This document shows positions 51,836-62,168 of a DNA stretch of 64,000 bases, piece after piece; within the stretch, counting starts at the first letter, position 1, and the number at the start of each line of letters is the position of its first letter. The notes under the pieces were generated by a model. It searched no databases and was not told the DNA's origin. It saw only the letters and a list, made by a program, of their open reading frames with translations. A program made the position numbers and the translations under genes. The DNA comes from Flavobacterium sp. (GTDB taxonomy: Bacteria; Bacteroidota; Bacteroidia; Flavobacteriales; Flavobacteriaceae): NCBI GenBank assembly GCA_030151565.1, contig JASLDM010000060.1, forward strand, positions 13,207-77,206, in the 5' to 3' direction.

Positions 51836-53230
51836 TTATATTTTTCCAACCATTGTTTCTGGCCTTACCCAAGCGTCAAAGTCTTCTGGTGTAACATAGC
51901 CAAGGCGTACGGCTTCTTCTTTTAATGTAGTACCATTTTTATGGGCAGTTTGCGCTATTTCAGCCGCTTTGTAATATCCAATTTTTGTATTTAAAGCAGT
52001 CACAAGCATAAGTGAATTTGAAACTAATTCCTCAATTCGTTTGTAGTTTGGTTCAATTCCTTGAGCACAGTGAATGTCAAATGAAACACACGCGTCTCCT
52101 AAAAGCTGTGCGGATTGTAAGAAATTTGCGGCCATGATAGGCTTGAATACGTTTAATTCATAATGCCCTTGCATACCACCTATTCCTATTGCTACATCAT
52201 TTCCCATTACTTGTGCGGCTACCATTGTCAAGGCTTCACACTGTGTAGGGTTAACTTTACCAGGCATGATAGATGAGCCAGGTTCATTTTCAGGAATATG
52301 GATTTCGCCAATTCCAGACCGAGGTCCTGAGGCTAGCATTCGGATGTCATTTGCAATTTTATTTAATGAAACAGCTATTTGTTTCAAGGCTCCATGAGTT
52401 TCTACAAAGGCGTCATGTGCAGCTAAGGCTTCGAATTTATTGATGGCTGTAACAAACGGAAGGCCTGTAAATGAAGCGATGTAGTCTGCAACTTTCACAT
52501 CGTAGCCATTAGGAGTGTTTAATCCAGTTCCCACAGCGGTACCACCTAATGCAATCTCTGCAAGATGAGGTAAGGTGTTTTCTAGTGCTTTAATCCCATG
52601 TGTTAATTGGGCTACGTAACCCGAAATTTCTTGGCCTAGAGTTAAAGGAGTTGCGTCCATTAAGTGTGTGCGTCCTATTTTTACTACAGTTTTGAATTCT
52701 TCTGCTTTTTTAGCCAATGTATCTCGTAACTGAACGATACCTGGAAGAGTAGTTTCAACTATCATTTTGTAGGCAGCAATATGCATACCTGTAGGAAAGG
52801 TATCGTTTGATGATTGAGATTTATTTACATCGTCATTGGCTTTTAAGACAGGATCTCCTTCGCCAATTTTAAAGCCAGCCAAAACTTGTGCGCGATTTGC
52901 AATTACTTCATTAACATTCATGTTTGATTGTGTTCCTGAGCCCGTTTGCCAAATTACTAGTGGGAATTGATCATTTAGTTTTCCTGTAATTATTTCTTCA
53001 CAAACTGCAGCAATGGCATCTCTTTTTTCAATACTCAATACTCCCAAATCACAATTCGCATAGGCTGCAGCTTTCTTTAAATATGCAAAACCTATTATTA
53101 TTTCCAATGGCATAGAAGCTGTCGGTCCTATTTTAAAGTTGTTTCTAGAGCGTTCCGTTTGAGCTCCCCAGTATTTACCAGAGGGAACTTGCACGTTTCC
53201 CATCGTATCTTTTTCAATTCTATAATTCAT
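51836..53230 (-). CDS. fumC: class II fumarate hydratase
   Basis: The 464-aa product has the [16 protein letters not shown] signature, SSNDTFPT and [10 protein letters not shown]. Confidence 0.96.
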   Translation of the reverse strand: MNYRIEKDTMGNVQVPSGKYWGAQTERSRNNFKIGPTASMPLEIIIGFAYLKKAAAYANCDLGVLSIEKRDAIAAVCEEIITGKLNDQFPLVIWQTGSGTQSNMNVNEVIANRAQVLAGFKIGEGDPVLKANDDVNKSQSSNDTFPTGMHIAAYKMIVETTLPGIVQLRDTLAKKAEEFKTVVKIGRTHLMDATPLTLGQEISGYVAQLTHGIKALENTLPHLAEIALGGTAVGTGLNTPNGYDVKVADYIASFTGLPFVTAINKFEALAAHDAFVETHGALKQIAVSLNKIANDIRMLASGPRSGIGEIHIPENEPGSSIMPGKVNPTQCEALTMVAAQVMGNDVAIGIGGMQGHYELNVFKPIMAANFLQSAQLLGDACVSFDIHCAQGIEPNYKRIEELVSNSLMLVTALNTKIGYYKAAEIAQTAHKNGTTLKEEAVRLGYVTPEDFDAWVRPETMVGKI

Positions 53231-53320
53231 AATGCTATATTGTTTAGAATAATTCTACATAAAGTTACGTAAAAAAGTTGAAAAGCTACGAAACATTAAA
53301 AAAACTTTAGCAAGGGTAGG

Positions 53321-53347
53321 TAAATTTGAGAATATAGGTTATCTTTG
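53321..53347 (+). promoter_or_regulatory. two TAnnTTTG boxes (TAAATTTG 53321-53328, TATCTTTG 53340-53347) upstream of the 58-codon ORF
   Basis: Read directly from the sequence. They lie 28-55 nt upstream of ATG 53376. Confidence 0.35.
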
Positions 53348-53375
53348 AAGCGTATACAAAAAAAATCCGGAAAAC

Positions 53376-53552
53376 ATGTTTGAATTTCAACAGTATTTAG
53401 GTTTTATCTTAGCAATGTCCATTGTAACATTAGGATTTTGGCTAATGATTTTCTTAGTAGGTTTTGTTCAGTATTGGGCAGTAGGCGCTACAAGAGAATT
53501 GTTAAAAGAGAAAAAAGCTAAAAAACAAGCAGAACAAGAACAAATTCAATAA
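53376..53552 (+). CDS. small (58 aa) membrane protein with Lys/Glu-rich tail, hypothetical
   Basis: My manual translation is MFEFQQYLGFILAMSIVTLGFWLMIFLVGFVQYWAVGATRELLKEKKAKKQAEQEQIQ. Two TAnnTTTG boxes lie upstream and a terminator lies 23 nt downstream. It is below the track's size cutoff. Confidence 0.45.
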   Translation: MFEFQQYLGFILAMSIVTLGFWLMIFLVGFVQYWAVGATRELLKEKKAKKQAEQEQIQ

Positions 53553-53574
53553 TAAAGATTTGTTTTTCAACACA

Positions 53575-53605
53575 AAAGGTTGTCTTTAAAAGACAGCCTT
53601 TTTTT
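53575..53605 (+). terminator. intrinsic terminator after the 58-codon ORF
   Basis: The stem GGTTGTCT / AGACAGCC (one G-U pair) is followed by T7. Confidence 0.7.
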
Positions 53606-53623
53606 ATGGTATTTGTTTTTCAT

Positions 53624-53657
53624 AAAAAAAGCCTTAGTATAACTAAGGCTTTTTTTT
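53624..53657. terminator. bidirectional terminator, serves the TonB-dependent receptor gene on the minus strand
   Basis: A 10-bp stem (AAGCCTTAGT / ACTAAGGCTT) is flanked by A7 and T8. Confidence 0.8.
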
Positions 53658-53674
53658 AATTATCTGATATGTGT

Positions 53675-56140
53675 TTATCCCATCATATCTGCTCCATCAG
53701 AGTCTGTACTTTTTGGGGTATATTTTGGACGCTCTGTTTTCTTTTGGTTAAATCGATAAGTGAATGACAAGTTAATTTGTCTTCCTCTCCATTGCATATC
53801 ACTATACGAATTAGAATAAGGTAGATTTAAATCGTATCTACGTTTTCTAGATTCAAATAGATCATTTACATTCAACGTGATAGTTGCATTGTCTTTCAAG
53901 ATATCTTTACTAAAGGCTAAATTTGCAGAAAGAGAGCTTTTTACTTTACCTTGAGCTGTCGTTTGTGGCGCCATATACATTCCGTTTACTTGCCAATCAA
54001 TTTTGTAAGGTAAAGTAATTTTAGAACTTACACGTGCAAACCAAGAATATGAATTGTTGTCAAAGTTCTGAGTGTCTGCAACGCCATCTTTATCTATAAA
54101 TGTATAATCTCCTTTAGTTTCCGATTTGTAGAAATTAAAGTTTCCGTTTAATCTCCACCATTTAAAAGGCGTATAGTTCGCTGTAAATTCAAAACCATAG
54201 CGATATTCTGTAGCAAGGTTAATCGGTGAACTTACTGTAATTGGAGTTCCATTTTCTGTAGTTCCATTAATTCGTTTTACAAATTGAAATGCATCATCTG
54301 TTTTATTAAAATAAGCAGAGCTGCTCAATGTAAATCCAGTCCAACGCTTCATGTAACCTAAATCAAAAGCATGTGTTTTTGCTGGATCTAAATCAGGATT
54401 TCCTTGAAAGAAGTTAATGTCACTCGAGTAATTTGAAAAAGGATTTAAGAAAAAACCTCTAGGTCTATTTACACGACGGCTATAGCTTAATGAAGTAGTG
54501 CTTGATTCAGAAAATTCATAATTCAAGAAAACACTTGGGTATAAGTCATCGTATTTTTTATTATTGAAATCTTGTGTAGTTAATTGATTCACTTCAATAT
54601 TTGTGTCTTCGTAGCGTAAACCTAGCATGTAGCTAAATTTATTGATTTTAGAGCCATATTGAATGTACAATGCGTTTATCTTTTCTTTGTACTCTAAAGT
54701 ATTGCTGATGGTTTGATTGTTAATCCAACTATTGTTTACTTGATTGTCTAGCGAGAATGAAGTAGTGGTGGTGGCAAAATTCCCTAAATAACCAGCTTCA
54801 AATTGACTGTTTTCTCCTATAGGAAGTACATAATCAGCTTTTACATAGTTACGAACTTCTTTTTCTGTATTGAATGTTCTTTCTAAATCGAAGTTAGTTT
54901 GATTGCTAAATTGATCTTTGATGATTGAGTTATCATTGTCTTTATCTTGAGAAATAGTGTATTCTAGATTAAGTTTATGACCGTCTTTTTTAAACTTTTT
55001 TTCAAAACTAGTAGTGTATTCTACATTTTCTCTAGTTCTATCCTTGTCTTCCAAACGGACACGTTCAAAATCAAGTAAACGATTAGCATCAAAATACATA
55101 TAGTTTACTGTATTCGGATTGTCAATCTTGTTTTTTCTTGTATTTACAACATTTGTCCAAGTAGCCGAATCTGTTAAAAACCATTCAACACCAAAGTTAA
55201 TATTGTATCCTTTTCGGAAACGCTCCATAGTTTTGGATTCGTCAATATATTGCGAGGGTAAGCCTGTGATTCTATCAAGATATTCACTGTTATTAATTGA
55301 GTAACCTTCAGAGTTGGAATCTGAATATCCAGATGTAGTAAATAAGTTAAACTTTTCACTTCTGAAGTTAACATTGGCGTTGGCGTTATAATTATCGGGA
55401 TGTCCAACTGTTCCAGTAACACTTCCGTTTATCCCCAATGCTTTTCCTTTTCTAAGGATAATGTTAATAATTCCAGCGCCACCTTCGGCTTCATAACGTG
55501 CAGAAGGATTTGTAATAACTTCTACTTTCTCAATAGATTCAGCAGGTAGAATACGCATGGCTTCAGAAATATTGCTTGCCAATCCTGTTGGTTTTCCGTC
55601 GATAAGTACTTTTACATTTTCATTACCTCGTAAGCTAACGCTACCTTCAGCATCAACTGTAATCGAGGGTACATTATCTAATACATCACTTGCCGTACCT
55701 CCTTTTACAATCATGTCTTGCCCTACATTGTAAACTTTTTTATCTAGTTTGATGTCAACAGTAGAACGTTCCGCTATAATCGTTACTTCTTCTAAATTTT
55801 GTGTATCGTCGTGAATTTTTTGTATCCCTATTGAGGTTACGCCTTTTACCTCGATTTGAGGAATCTCAATTGTTTTAAATCCTAAGAAATCTATTTTTAG
55901 ATAATAATTTCCCTCAGGAACTTCAAAACTAAAAAAACCTTTAGAATCTGTCATCCCCCCAGAAACTACAGCAGCATTGCTATTGTTTTGGGCATAAATG
56001 CTAGCATATTCTAAAGGTTGATTTGTAGTGGCTTCTATTATCGTACCTGATATAGTTCCTCTTTTTTGGTTTTGTGCAGTTACTGTTAAGGATAACAAAA
56101 ATACACAAGCCAAAATCCATGTCGCTCGAATGTTTTTCAT
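53675..56140 (-). CDS. TonB-dependent outer-membrane receptor (CarboxypepD_reg plus plug plus beta-barrel)
   Basis: A signal peptide is followed by the CarboxypepD_reg-like segment GTISGTIIEATTNQPLEYASIY, then the plug (VPSITVDAEGSVSLRG) and a long barrel ending in an aromatic-rich segment (SFTYRF). Confidence 0.85.
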   Translation of the reverse strand: MKNIRATWILACVFLLSLTVTAQNQKRGTISGTIIEATTNQPLEYASIYAQNNSNAAVVSGGMTDSKGFFSFEVPEGNYYLKIDFLGFKTIEIPQIEVKGVTSIGIQKIHDDTQNLEEVTIIAERSTVDIKLDKKVYNVGQDMIVKGGTASDVLDNVPSITVDAEGSVSLRGNENVKVLIDGKPTGLASNISEAMRILPAESIEKVEVITNPSARYEAEGGAGIINIILRKGKALGINGSVTGTVGHPDNYNANANVNFRSEKFNLFTTSGYSDSNSEGYSINNSEYLDRITGLPSQYIDESKTMERFRKGYNINFGVEWFLTDSATWTNVVNTRKNKIDNPNTVNYMYFDANRLLDFERVRLEDKDRTRENVEYTTSFEKKFKKDGHKLNLEYTISQDKDNDNSIIKDQFSNQTNFDLERTFNTEKEVRNYVKADYVLPIGENSQFEAGYLGNFATTTTSFSLDNQVNNSWINNQTISNTLEYKEKINALYIQYGSKINKFSYMLGLRYEDTNIEVNQLTTQDFNNKKYDDLYPSVFLNYEFSESSTTSLSYSRRVNRPRGFFLNPFSNYSSDINFFQGNPDLDPAKTHAFDLGYMKRWTGFTLSSSAYFNKTDDAFQFVKRINGTTENGTPITVSSPINLATEYRYGFEFTANYTPFKWWRLNGNFNFYKSETKGDYTFIDKDGVADTQNFDNNSYSWFARVSSKITLPYKIDWQVNGMYMAPQTTAQGKVKSSLSANLAFSKDILKDNATITLNVNDLFESRKRRYDLNLPYSNSYSDMQWRGRQINLSFTYRFNQKKTERPKYTPKSTDSDGADMMG

Positions 56141-56220
56141 TTAGTCGTAAGATTATTTTCTAATTAGACTATAAGAATGCTTTCTGGTTTAACGACAGGA
56201 ATGTTAATATTTTATTAAAA

Positions 56221-56562
56221 CTAAAGAATGTCCTCAATTTTTTCAGTTGGTCGAGCTACAACCGCTCGGTCTCCGTTTATAATAATTGGTCTTTCAATTA
56301 GTTTGGGGTAGGTAACCATTGCCTCAATGATAGCATCATCTGATAAATCTTTATCAGCAAATGTTTCTTTCCAGATAGTTTCTTTGGTTCTAACTAATTC
56401 TATAGGTTTGTAATTTAACTTTTGCAATAAGCTTGTTAATTCTTCTTTTGTTAGAGGCTCGTCTAAATATTTTATAATTTTGTAATCGACTCCTTTTTCT
56501 TCTAAAAAAGTCAACCCTTCTCTAGATTTGCTACAACGCGGATTATGGTAAATGGTAAGCAT
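56221..56562 (-). CDS. ArsC/Spx-family reductase-like protein (YffB-type)
   Basis: The product is 113 aa. The N-terminal IYHNPRCSKSR motif and the C-terminal LIERPII motif are present. Confidence 0.8.
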   Translation of the reverse strand: MLTIYHNPRCSKSREGLTFLEEKGVDYKIIKYLDEPLTKEELTSLLQKLNYKPIELVRTKETIWKETFADKDLSDDAIIEAMVTYPKLIERPIIINGDRAVVARPTEKIEDIL

Positions 56563-56615
56563 ATAGATAATTGTAAATTAGTTAATAAATTAGCCTTAGC
56601 TACAAATTTAAGAAT

Positions 56616-57533
56616 ATGAAATATATTGAGCAATTATTAGAAAATTATAATCCGAAAAAGCTTTGGCTATATTTGCCTTTTCCTCTTCTTTTTGGAGGAA
56701 TAATGTTGATGAATTGGATTGCGACTCAAGTTTCTAAACAAGGAGTCAGTGAGATTATAGCGCGAAATATTGAGTTGTATGGAAAAAATATTAATTTTCT
56801 AATATCAGTTGGCCCATTGGCATTTTTACTCCTTATGTTGCTTGTTTGGGTAAAAAATGTACAAAAACAATCCATTACCAGTTTGACTACTTCTCGAAAA
56901 AAAATAGATTGGAAACGCGTACGATTTTCATTTATAACCTGGAGTATAGTGTCTTTAGGTGTCTTTGCATATCAATATTTTCAGCATCCTGAACACTATG
57001 TATTTAATTTTCAATTCTGGCCATTTTTAGGGTTTCTTGTTTTGGCACTGCTTTTGTTGCCTTTACAAACAAGTTTTGAAGAGTATTTTATCCGTGCTTA
57101 TCTAATGCAAGGAATTGGAGTCGCTACCCGAAGTAGGGCGGTAGCTCTAATAACAACCTCCTTGATATTTGGAATGATGCATATCGCAAACCCTGAGGTA
57201 GAACAACTCGGCTATACTATAATGATTTACTATATAGGCTCAGGTTTTTTCTTGGGAATTATGACCTTGATGGACGAGGGGATTGAGCTAGCCTTAGGTT
57301 TTCACGCCGCAAATAATATTTTAGGAGCTCTTTTGGTAACCGCCAATTGGACTGCTTTTCAAACAAATTCTATCTTTATTGATATTGCTCCAGCTGAAGA
57401 AGGGATGACAACTATTGATTTTATAATCCAAGTAGGTGTTATTTTTCCTTTGCTTTTGATATTTTTTTCAAGAGTATATAAATGGAATAATTGGAAAGAT
57501 AGATTAACAGGTAGAGTTATTAAACCAAGTTAA
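56616..57533 (+). CDS. CPBP-family intramembrane glutamic endopeptidase (Abi/CAAX protease-like)
   Basis: It is polytopic. The motifs are EEYFIRAY (EExxxR), FGMMH and HAANN. Confidence 0.75.
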   Translation: MKYIEQLLENYNPKKLWLYLPFPLLFGGIMLMNWIATQVSKQGVSEIIARNIELYGKNINFLISVGPLAFLLLMLLVWVKNVQKQSITSLTTSRKKIDWKRVRFSFITWSIVSLGVFAYQYFQHPEHYVFNFQFWPFLGFLVLALLLLPLQTSFEEYFIRAYLMQGIGVATRSRAVALITTSLIFGMMHIANPEVEQLGYTIMIYYIGSGFFLGIMTLMDEGIELALGFHAANNILGALLVTANWTAFQTNSIFIDIAPAEEGMTTIDFIIQVGVIFPLLLIFFSRVYKWNNWKDRLTGRVIKPS

Positions 57534-57544
57534 AATCTATTCAT

Positions 57545-58576
57545 ATGAAAAAGTTTCAGATTCACCCCGATTTCAAGTTAAACGGAAAAACGTTTACAGA
57601 AGCACATTTGCAACAATTGGCTTTTATGCTAATTAAAGATGGTTCTCCCTTTGAAGAAGACTTGGGAAATCTGATATTACAATGGTTTGATTCCAATGAT
57701 TATGTACTTTTAATGACTTCGGGAACTACAGGCGCTCCTAAAGAAATAAAACTCGACAAACAAGCAATGATTGCATCTGCTAAAGCTACGGGAGTTTTTT
57801 TTGATGTTCCTGCAAAAAGTAGTGCCTTACTTTGTTTACCTACACGTTATATCGCAGGTAAAATGATGTTTGTGCGTGCCTTAACACTTGGATGGGAGTT
57901 AGACTTTGTAGAGCCTTCTTCAAAACCACTACAAGACAATACCAAAGAATACGACTTTGTAGCCATGGTGCCATTACAAGTAGAAAATTCATTAGAAGCG
58001 TTGCATAATGTACGTAAGATAATAATAGGGGGAGCTAAGGTAAATCCAGTTTTAGCAGATAAATTAAAGCATTTAGAGACTGAGGTTTATGAAACTTACG
58101 GCATGACAGAGACGATTACGCATATTGCAGCCAAAAAATCGGGTGCATTAGCTTTTACTACTTTACCCCACGTTGCTATTTCTTGTGATGAGCGAGGTTG
58201 TTTAGTTATTGAAGCAACGGGAATATGTGAGGATAAAATCATAACCAATGATGTGGTTGAATTGATCGATAATCATCATTTTGAGTGGAAGGGACGTATT
58301 GATAATGTGGTAAATAGTGGTGGTGTTAAATTGTTTCCTGAGCAGATAGAAGAAAAATTGGCTTGCTATATACCTTATCGTTTTTTTGTTATAGGTAAAG
58401 AAGACCCCGTTTTAGGAGAAAAATTGGTTCTTGTCATTGAAAGTGCTCCTTATTCTTTGAGTGAGGATGCTTTTCAGTCTCTTTCTAAATTTGAGAAACC
58501 AAAAGAAATTCAATTTGTACCTGAGTTTGAAGAAACGCCAACAGGAAAGATTCTTAGACGAAAAATCGTGCGTTAG
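57545..58576 (+). CDS. AMP-binding enzyme, short O-succinylbenzoate-CoA ligase (MenE)-like
   Basis: The adenylation motifs are MTSGTTGAPKEI, YETYGMTET and GKILRRK. The 343-aa short form is typical of Bacteroidota MenE-like proteins. Confidence 0.65.
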   Translation: MKKFQIHPDFKLNGKTFTEAHLQQLAFMLIKDGSPFEEDLGNLILQWFDSNDYVLLMTSGTTGAPKEIKLDKQAMIASAKATGVFFDVPAKSSALLCLPTRYIAGKMMFVRALTLGWELDFVEPSSKPLQDNTKEYDFVAMVPLQVENSLEALHNVRKIIIGGAKVNPVLADKLKHLETEVYETYGMTETITHIAAKKSGALAFTTLPHVAISCDERGCLVIEATGICEDKIITNDVVELIDNHHFEWKGRIDNVVNSGGVKLFPEQIEEKLACYIPYRFFVIGKEDPVLGEKLVLVIESAPYSLSEDAFQSLSKFEKPKEIQFVPEFEETPTGKILRRKIVR

Positions 58577-58606
58577 AATAAACTGAAAAAAAGATATCTT
58601 TGTCTC

Positions 58607-59302
58607 ATGCTAGAGATATTATATCAGGATCAATACCTTGTGGTTATAAATAAACCTCGAGATTTGTTAGTCCATCGTTCGTCTATTGCACGTGAAATTG
58701 ACGAGAACGCCATTCAATATTTGCGAGATCAAATCGGTCAGCCGGTTTATCCTGTACATCGTTTAGATCGTAAAACAACAGGTGTTTTGGTTTTTGCACT
58801 TGATAAAGAAGTTTTAAAAGAACTCAATGAGGCTTTTGCAACTCGCAAGGTAGAAAAAAAATACATAGCTGTTGTTCGTGGATATGCACCAGAGGAAGGA
58901 CATATTGATTATGCTTTGACGAATGATAGAGGGAACCATCAAGATGCTGTAACAGATTTTAAAGCCTTACAACGAGTGGAGTTGCCGTTGCCTTTTGGTA
59001 AGCACACTACTTCTCGATATTCTTTAGTAGCTGCTTTTCCCGAAACAGGGAGGCAGCACCAGCTACGTAAACATTTTAAACATTTATTTCACCCAATTTT
59101 AGGAAGTCGTCCTCACGGATGTAACAAGCAAAATAAATTATGGTTAGATCAATACGGTTTGATGGGGATGTTGTTGCATGCTTATGAACTATCTTTTCTA
59201 CATCCCATTACAAAAGAAAGACTAATATTGACTGCAAAAATAGATGCCGAATTTGAGCGTTACAATCAGATTTTAGGATTTGATCTCACTGCCTATTCAT
59301 AG
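58607..59302 (+). CDS. truC: tRNA pseudouridine synthase TruC-like (RluA family)
   Basis: The N-terminus MLEILYQDQYLVVINKP is nearly the E. coli TruC start as I remember it. The catalytic HRLDRKTTGVLVFA and TGRQHQLRKH motifs are present. There is no S4 domain. Confidence 0.75.
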   Translation: MLEILYQDQYLVVINKPRDLLVHRSSIAREIDENAIQYLRDQIGQPVYPVHRLDRKTTGVLVFALDKEVLKELNEAFATRKVEKKYIAVVRGYAPEEGHIDYALTNDRGNHQDAVTDFKALQRVELPLPFGKHTTSRYSLVAAFPETGRQHQLRKHFKHLFHPILGSRPHGCNKQNKLWLDQYGLMGMLLHAYELSFLHPITKERLILTAKIDAEFERYNQILGFDLTAYS

Positions 59303-60534
59303 CGTAAGGCTTCAACCGGATCTAACTTAGCTGCTTTTATAGCTGGATATAAGCCAGAAACGATAGCAACTAGGAAGGTAATGATAAAAGCAGAAAGGAT
59401 AGCCATCCAAGGAATTACAAAGTCAAACTTCATAGCCAACGATATTCCATAAGCAGAAGCAATTCCTAGACACGTACCTAGTAATCCGCCTAGTTGTCCA
59501 ATGACTACCGTTTCTGTGAAAAATTGTAAAGCTATTGTTTTGCGTTTTGCTCCCAATGATTTACGTACACCAATTTCTTTGGTTCGCTCTGTAACTGAAA
59601 CCAACATAATGTTCATCAAGGCAATTGATGAACCTAAAATGGTAATCATACCTATGAGCCAAGCGGCCATATTCAGAGTGCTTACTTGGCCGAGAAGTGA
59701 TTTAATAAGTTCATCACTACGTTCAATTCCAAAGTTGTTTTTTTGACCTGGCGGAATACTTCGTATGTTTCGAAGTGTTAAAACAGCCTCATCTATGGCT
59801 TGCTCTAGTAAACCATCTTGTTCTACGCTTACTCTAATTTCATAATTGATATTAGGAGCGGAAAAAATACTACGTGCTATTTGTAGGGGAATAAAAACTC
59901 TTAGGTCTTCGTTATTGCCAAAAGTGGAGCCTTTTTCTTTCAATAACCCTATGACTTTAAACTTCATACCTCGAATAGAAATTAATTGACCTATAGGTTC
60001 TTGATCTTTAAAAAGACCTTTTGCAAAGTCTGAACCTAAAACACAAACGGCAACCTTGTTTTCAATGTCAAAATAATTGAAATTACGTCCTTTTACAACT
60101 GTAGAACCGCTGCTAGGAAGGTAGTTTTCGTCAATACCTAATATATTTACTTCTGGATCTGTTTTTTTAGAATCGCTTTTTACTTCGATATTTTGTGCTG
60201 CTTCAAATGAGATAGAGGTATTTGTAAAAGGGTATTGATAGCTGTCTTTAAAGGCTTTTGTTTGTGCAAAAGTAATTACGGGGTTGGGTTTATAGGTGGC
60301 TTTTCCTTGACTCATTTGGTCAGAAAAATCATATTGATTGATCACAAACGTATTGGCTCCCATTGCAGCAAAATCATCAAGTATCGTGTTTTTTAAAGCT
60401 GTAACTACGGCTAATATTCCTACAAGTGCCCAAATTCCAATAGCGATAATGAAAACAGTAATTAAGGTTCGGAGTTTTTGGGTCCAAATACTGTCTAGGG
60501 CGATCCGTATATTTTCACGACTGAGTTTCCACAT
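59293..60534 (-). CDS. ABC transporter permease (MacB/FtsX-like)
   Basis: An N-terminal TM is followed by a large periplasmic MacB_PCD-like domain and a C-terminal FtsX 3-TM bundle. The EIGVRKSLGA motif is present. Confidence 0.85.
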   Translation of the reverse strand: MWKLSRENIRIALDSIWTQKLRTLITVFIIAIGIWALVGILAVVTALKNTILDDFAAMGANTFVINQYDFSDQMSQGKATYKPNPVITFAQTKAFKDSYQYPFTNTSISFEAAQNIEVKSDSKKTDPEVNILGIDENYLPSSGSTVVKGRNFNYFDIENKVAVCVLGSDFAKGLFKDQEPIGQLISIRGMKFKVIGLLKEKGSTFGNNEDLRVFIPLQIARSIFSAPNINYEIRVSVEQDGLLEQAIDEAVLTLRNIRSIPPGQKNNFGIERSDELIKSLLGQVSTLNMAAWLIGMITILGSSIALMNIMLVSVTERTKEIGVRKSLGAKRKTIALQFFTETVVIGQLGGLLGTCLGIASAYGISLAMKFDFVIPWMAILSAFIITFLVAIVSGLYPAIKAAKLDPVEALRYE

Positions 60535-60621
60535 AAATGATTAGTAGCGCTATGGAAGAGAATGTTACATAATTTTATAAATAATCCGTCCAAGCTGCTT
60601 TTCAAAACTACTCAAATATAC

Positions 60622-60650
60622 TTGTATTCTTAAAAAAAAGGCTAATTTTG
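60622..60650 (+). promoter_or_regulatory. candidate sigma-A promoter for hisS: TTG (60622-60624) - N18 - TAATTTTG (60643-60650)
   Basis: Both Bacteroidota elements are present with near-consensus spacing. The ATG lies 41 nt downstream. Confidence 0.45.
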
Positions 60651-60691
60651 TTTAGAGAATAGACAAACGAATATTAAATTTTAATCAAACG

Positions 60692-62062
60692 ATGGCAAAG
60701 AAACCAGGAATTCCAAAAGGAACACGAGATTTTTCACCCAGTGAGGTAGCGAGAAGACATTATATCATTCAAACCATACGCAATGGTTTTGAACATTTTG
60801 GATTTCATCCTATCGAAACGCCTTCTTTTGAAAACTATGACACATTAATGGGGAAATATGGTGAAGAAGGAGATCGTTTGATTTTTAAAATCTTGAATTC
60901 AGGAGATTATTTATCTAAAGTGGAGGAGACTGTTTTAGAATCGAAGTCAAGTCAAAAACTAACGCCTCAAATTTCTGAAAAGGCATTGCGATATGATCTT
61001 ACAGTTCCTTTTGCACGTTATGTTGTACAGCACCAAAATGAAATTGACTTTCCATTTAAGCGTTATCAAATACAACCAGTATGGCGAGCAGATCGTCCAC
61101 AAAAAGGACGTTACAGAGAGTTTTATCAATGTGATGCTGACGTAATTGGTTCTGATTCACTTTGGCAAGAAGTAGAGTTTGTTATTTTATATGACACTGT
61201 TTTTACTGCCTTAGGAATTGAAGGGGTTACAATTAAAATAAACAATCGTAAAATTCTTTCAGGAATCGCTGAGGTTATTGGAGCTAAAGATAAGTTAATC
61301 GATTTTACAGTTGCTCTTGATAAGCTTGATAAAATTGGTGAAGACGGAGTTAAGAATGAAATGTTGGAAAAAGGTATTACTGCTGAAGCTATTGAAAAAG
61401 TACAGCCTTTATTTAATCTAACAGGAAGTTTTGAAGAAAAGTTAAGTCAATTAGGAACACTTTTAGCTTCGTCTGAGGAAGGTAAAAAGGGAATTGAAGA
61501 ACTTGAATTCATCGGAAAGCATGTTATGGCTTTAGGGTTGAAATCAGCAATTCTAAATTTAGACGTAACCCTTGCTCGTGGGTTGAATTACTATACTGGA
61601 GCTATTTTTGAAATTGGTGCACCCGAAACGGTTCAACTAGGATCAATTGGTGGTGGTGGTCGTTACGACGATTTAACGGGTATTTTTGGATTGAAAAACA
61701 TGAGTGGTGTGGGGATTTCTTTTGGATTGGATCGCATCTATCTAGTTATGGAAGCTTTAAATTTGTTTCCAGAAGCCGTTAGCGCAGCTTCAAAAGTGAT
61801 GTTTTTAAATTTTGGAGAAGCTGAAATGGCGTATTCTTTACAAGCGGCTATGCAATTGCGTGCTGCAGGAGTGAAGGCTGAAGTGTATCCAGATGCTGCA
61901 AAAATTGGAAAACAATTCCAATATGCAGATAAAAAAGGTATTGAATATGCAGTTTTAGTCGGATCTGATGAAATCGCTAATCGTCAATATACATTAAAAA
62001 ACTTAGCATCAGGAGTTCAAGAAACCTTGAGTTTAGAACAAATGATTGCTGCTTTAAAATAA
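60692..62062 (+). CDS. hisS: histidine--tRNA ligase
   Basis: The class II motifs are present ([42 protein letters not shown]), together with a C-terminal anticodon-binding domain. Confidence 0.96.
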   Translation: MAKKPGIPKGTRDFSPSEVARRHYIIQTIRNGFEHFGFHPIETPSFENYDTLMGKYGEEGDRLIFKILNSGDYLSKVEETVLESKSSQKLTPQISEKALRYDLTVPFARYVVQHQNEIDFPFKRYQIQPVWRADRPQKGRYREFYQCDADVIGSDSLWQEVEFVILYDTVFTALGIEGVTIKINNRKILSGIAEVIGAKDKLIDFTVALDKLDKIGEDGVKNEMLEKGITAEAIEKVQPLFNLTGSFEEKLSQLGTLLASSEEGKKGIEELEFIGKHVMALGLKSAILNLDVTLARGLNYYTGAIFEIGAPETVQLGSIGGGGRYDDLTGIFGLKNMSGVGISFGLDRIYLVMEALNLFPEAVSAASKVMFLNFGEAEMAYSLQAAMQLRAAGVKAEVYPDAAKIGKQFQYADKKGIEYAVLVGSDEIANRQYTLKNLASGVQETLSLEQMIAALK

Positions 62063-62073
62063 GAATTTTCTAA

Positions 62074-62131
62074 AAACGGAAGTTCCTTAGGTTGTATGCT
62101 TTATGAGCTAAGGGAATTCCGTTTTTTTTTT
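62074..62131 (+). terminator. intrinsic terminator after hisS
   Basis: A long imperfect stem (CGGAAGTTCCTTAG / CTAAGGGAATTCCG) is followed by T10. Confidence 0.75.
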
Positions 62132-62168
62132 AACTATCTAGGTATTACTTTTAAATAATAATCTATCA

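Noticed and set aside
57545-58576. The MenE-like AMP-binding protein is only 343 aa, so it was considered as a possible truncated pseudogene.
   Set aside because: All core adenylation motifs are present in order and the reading frame is intact. Short MenE-like proteins of this size are, as far as I recall, normal in Bacteroidota.
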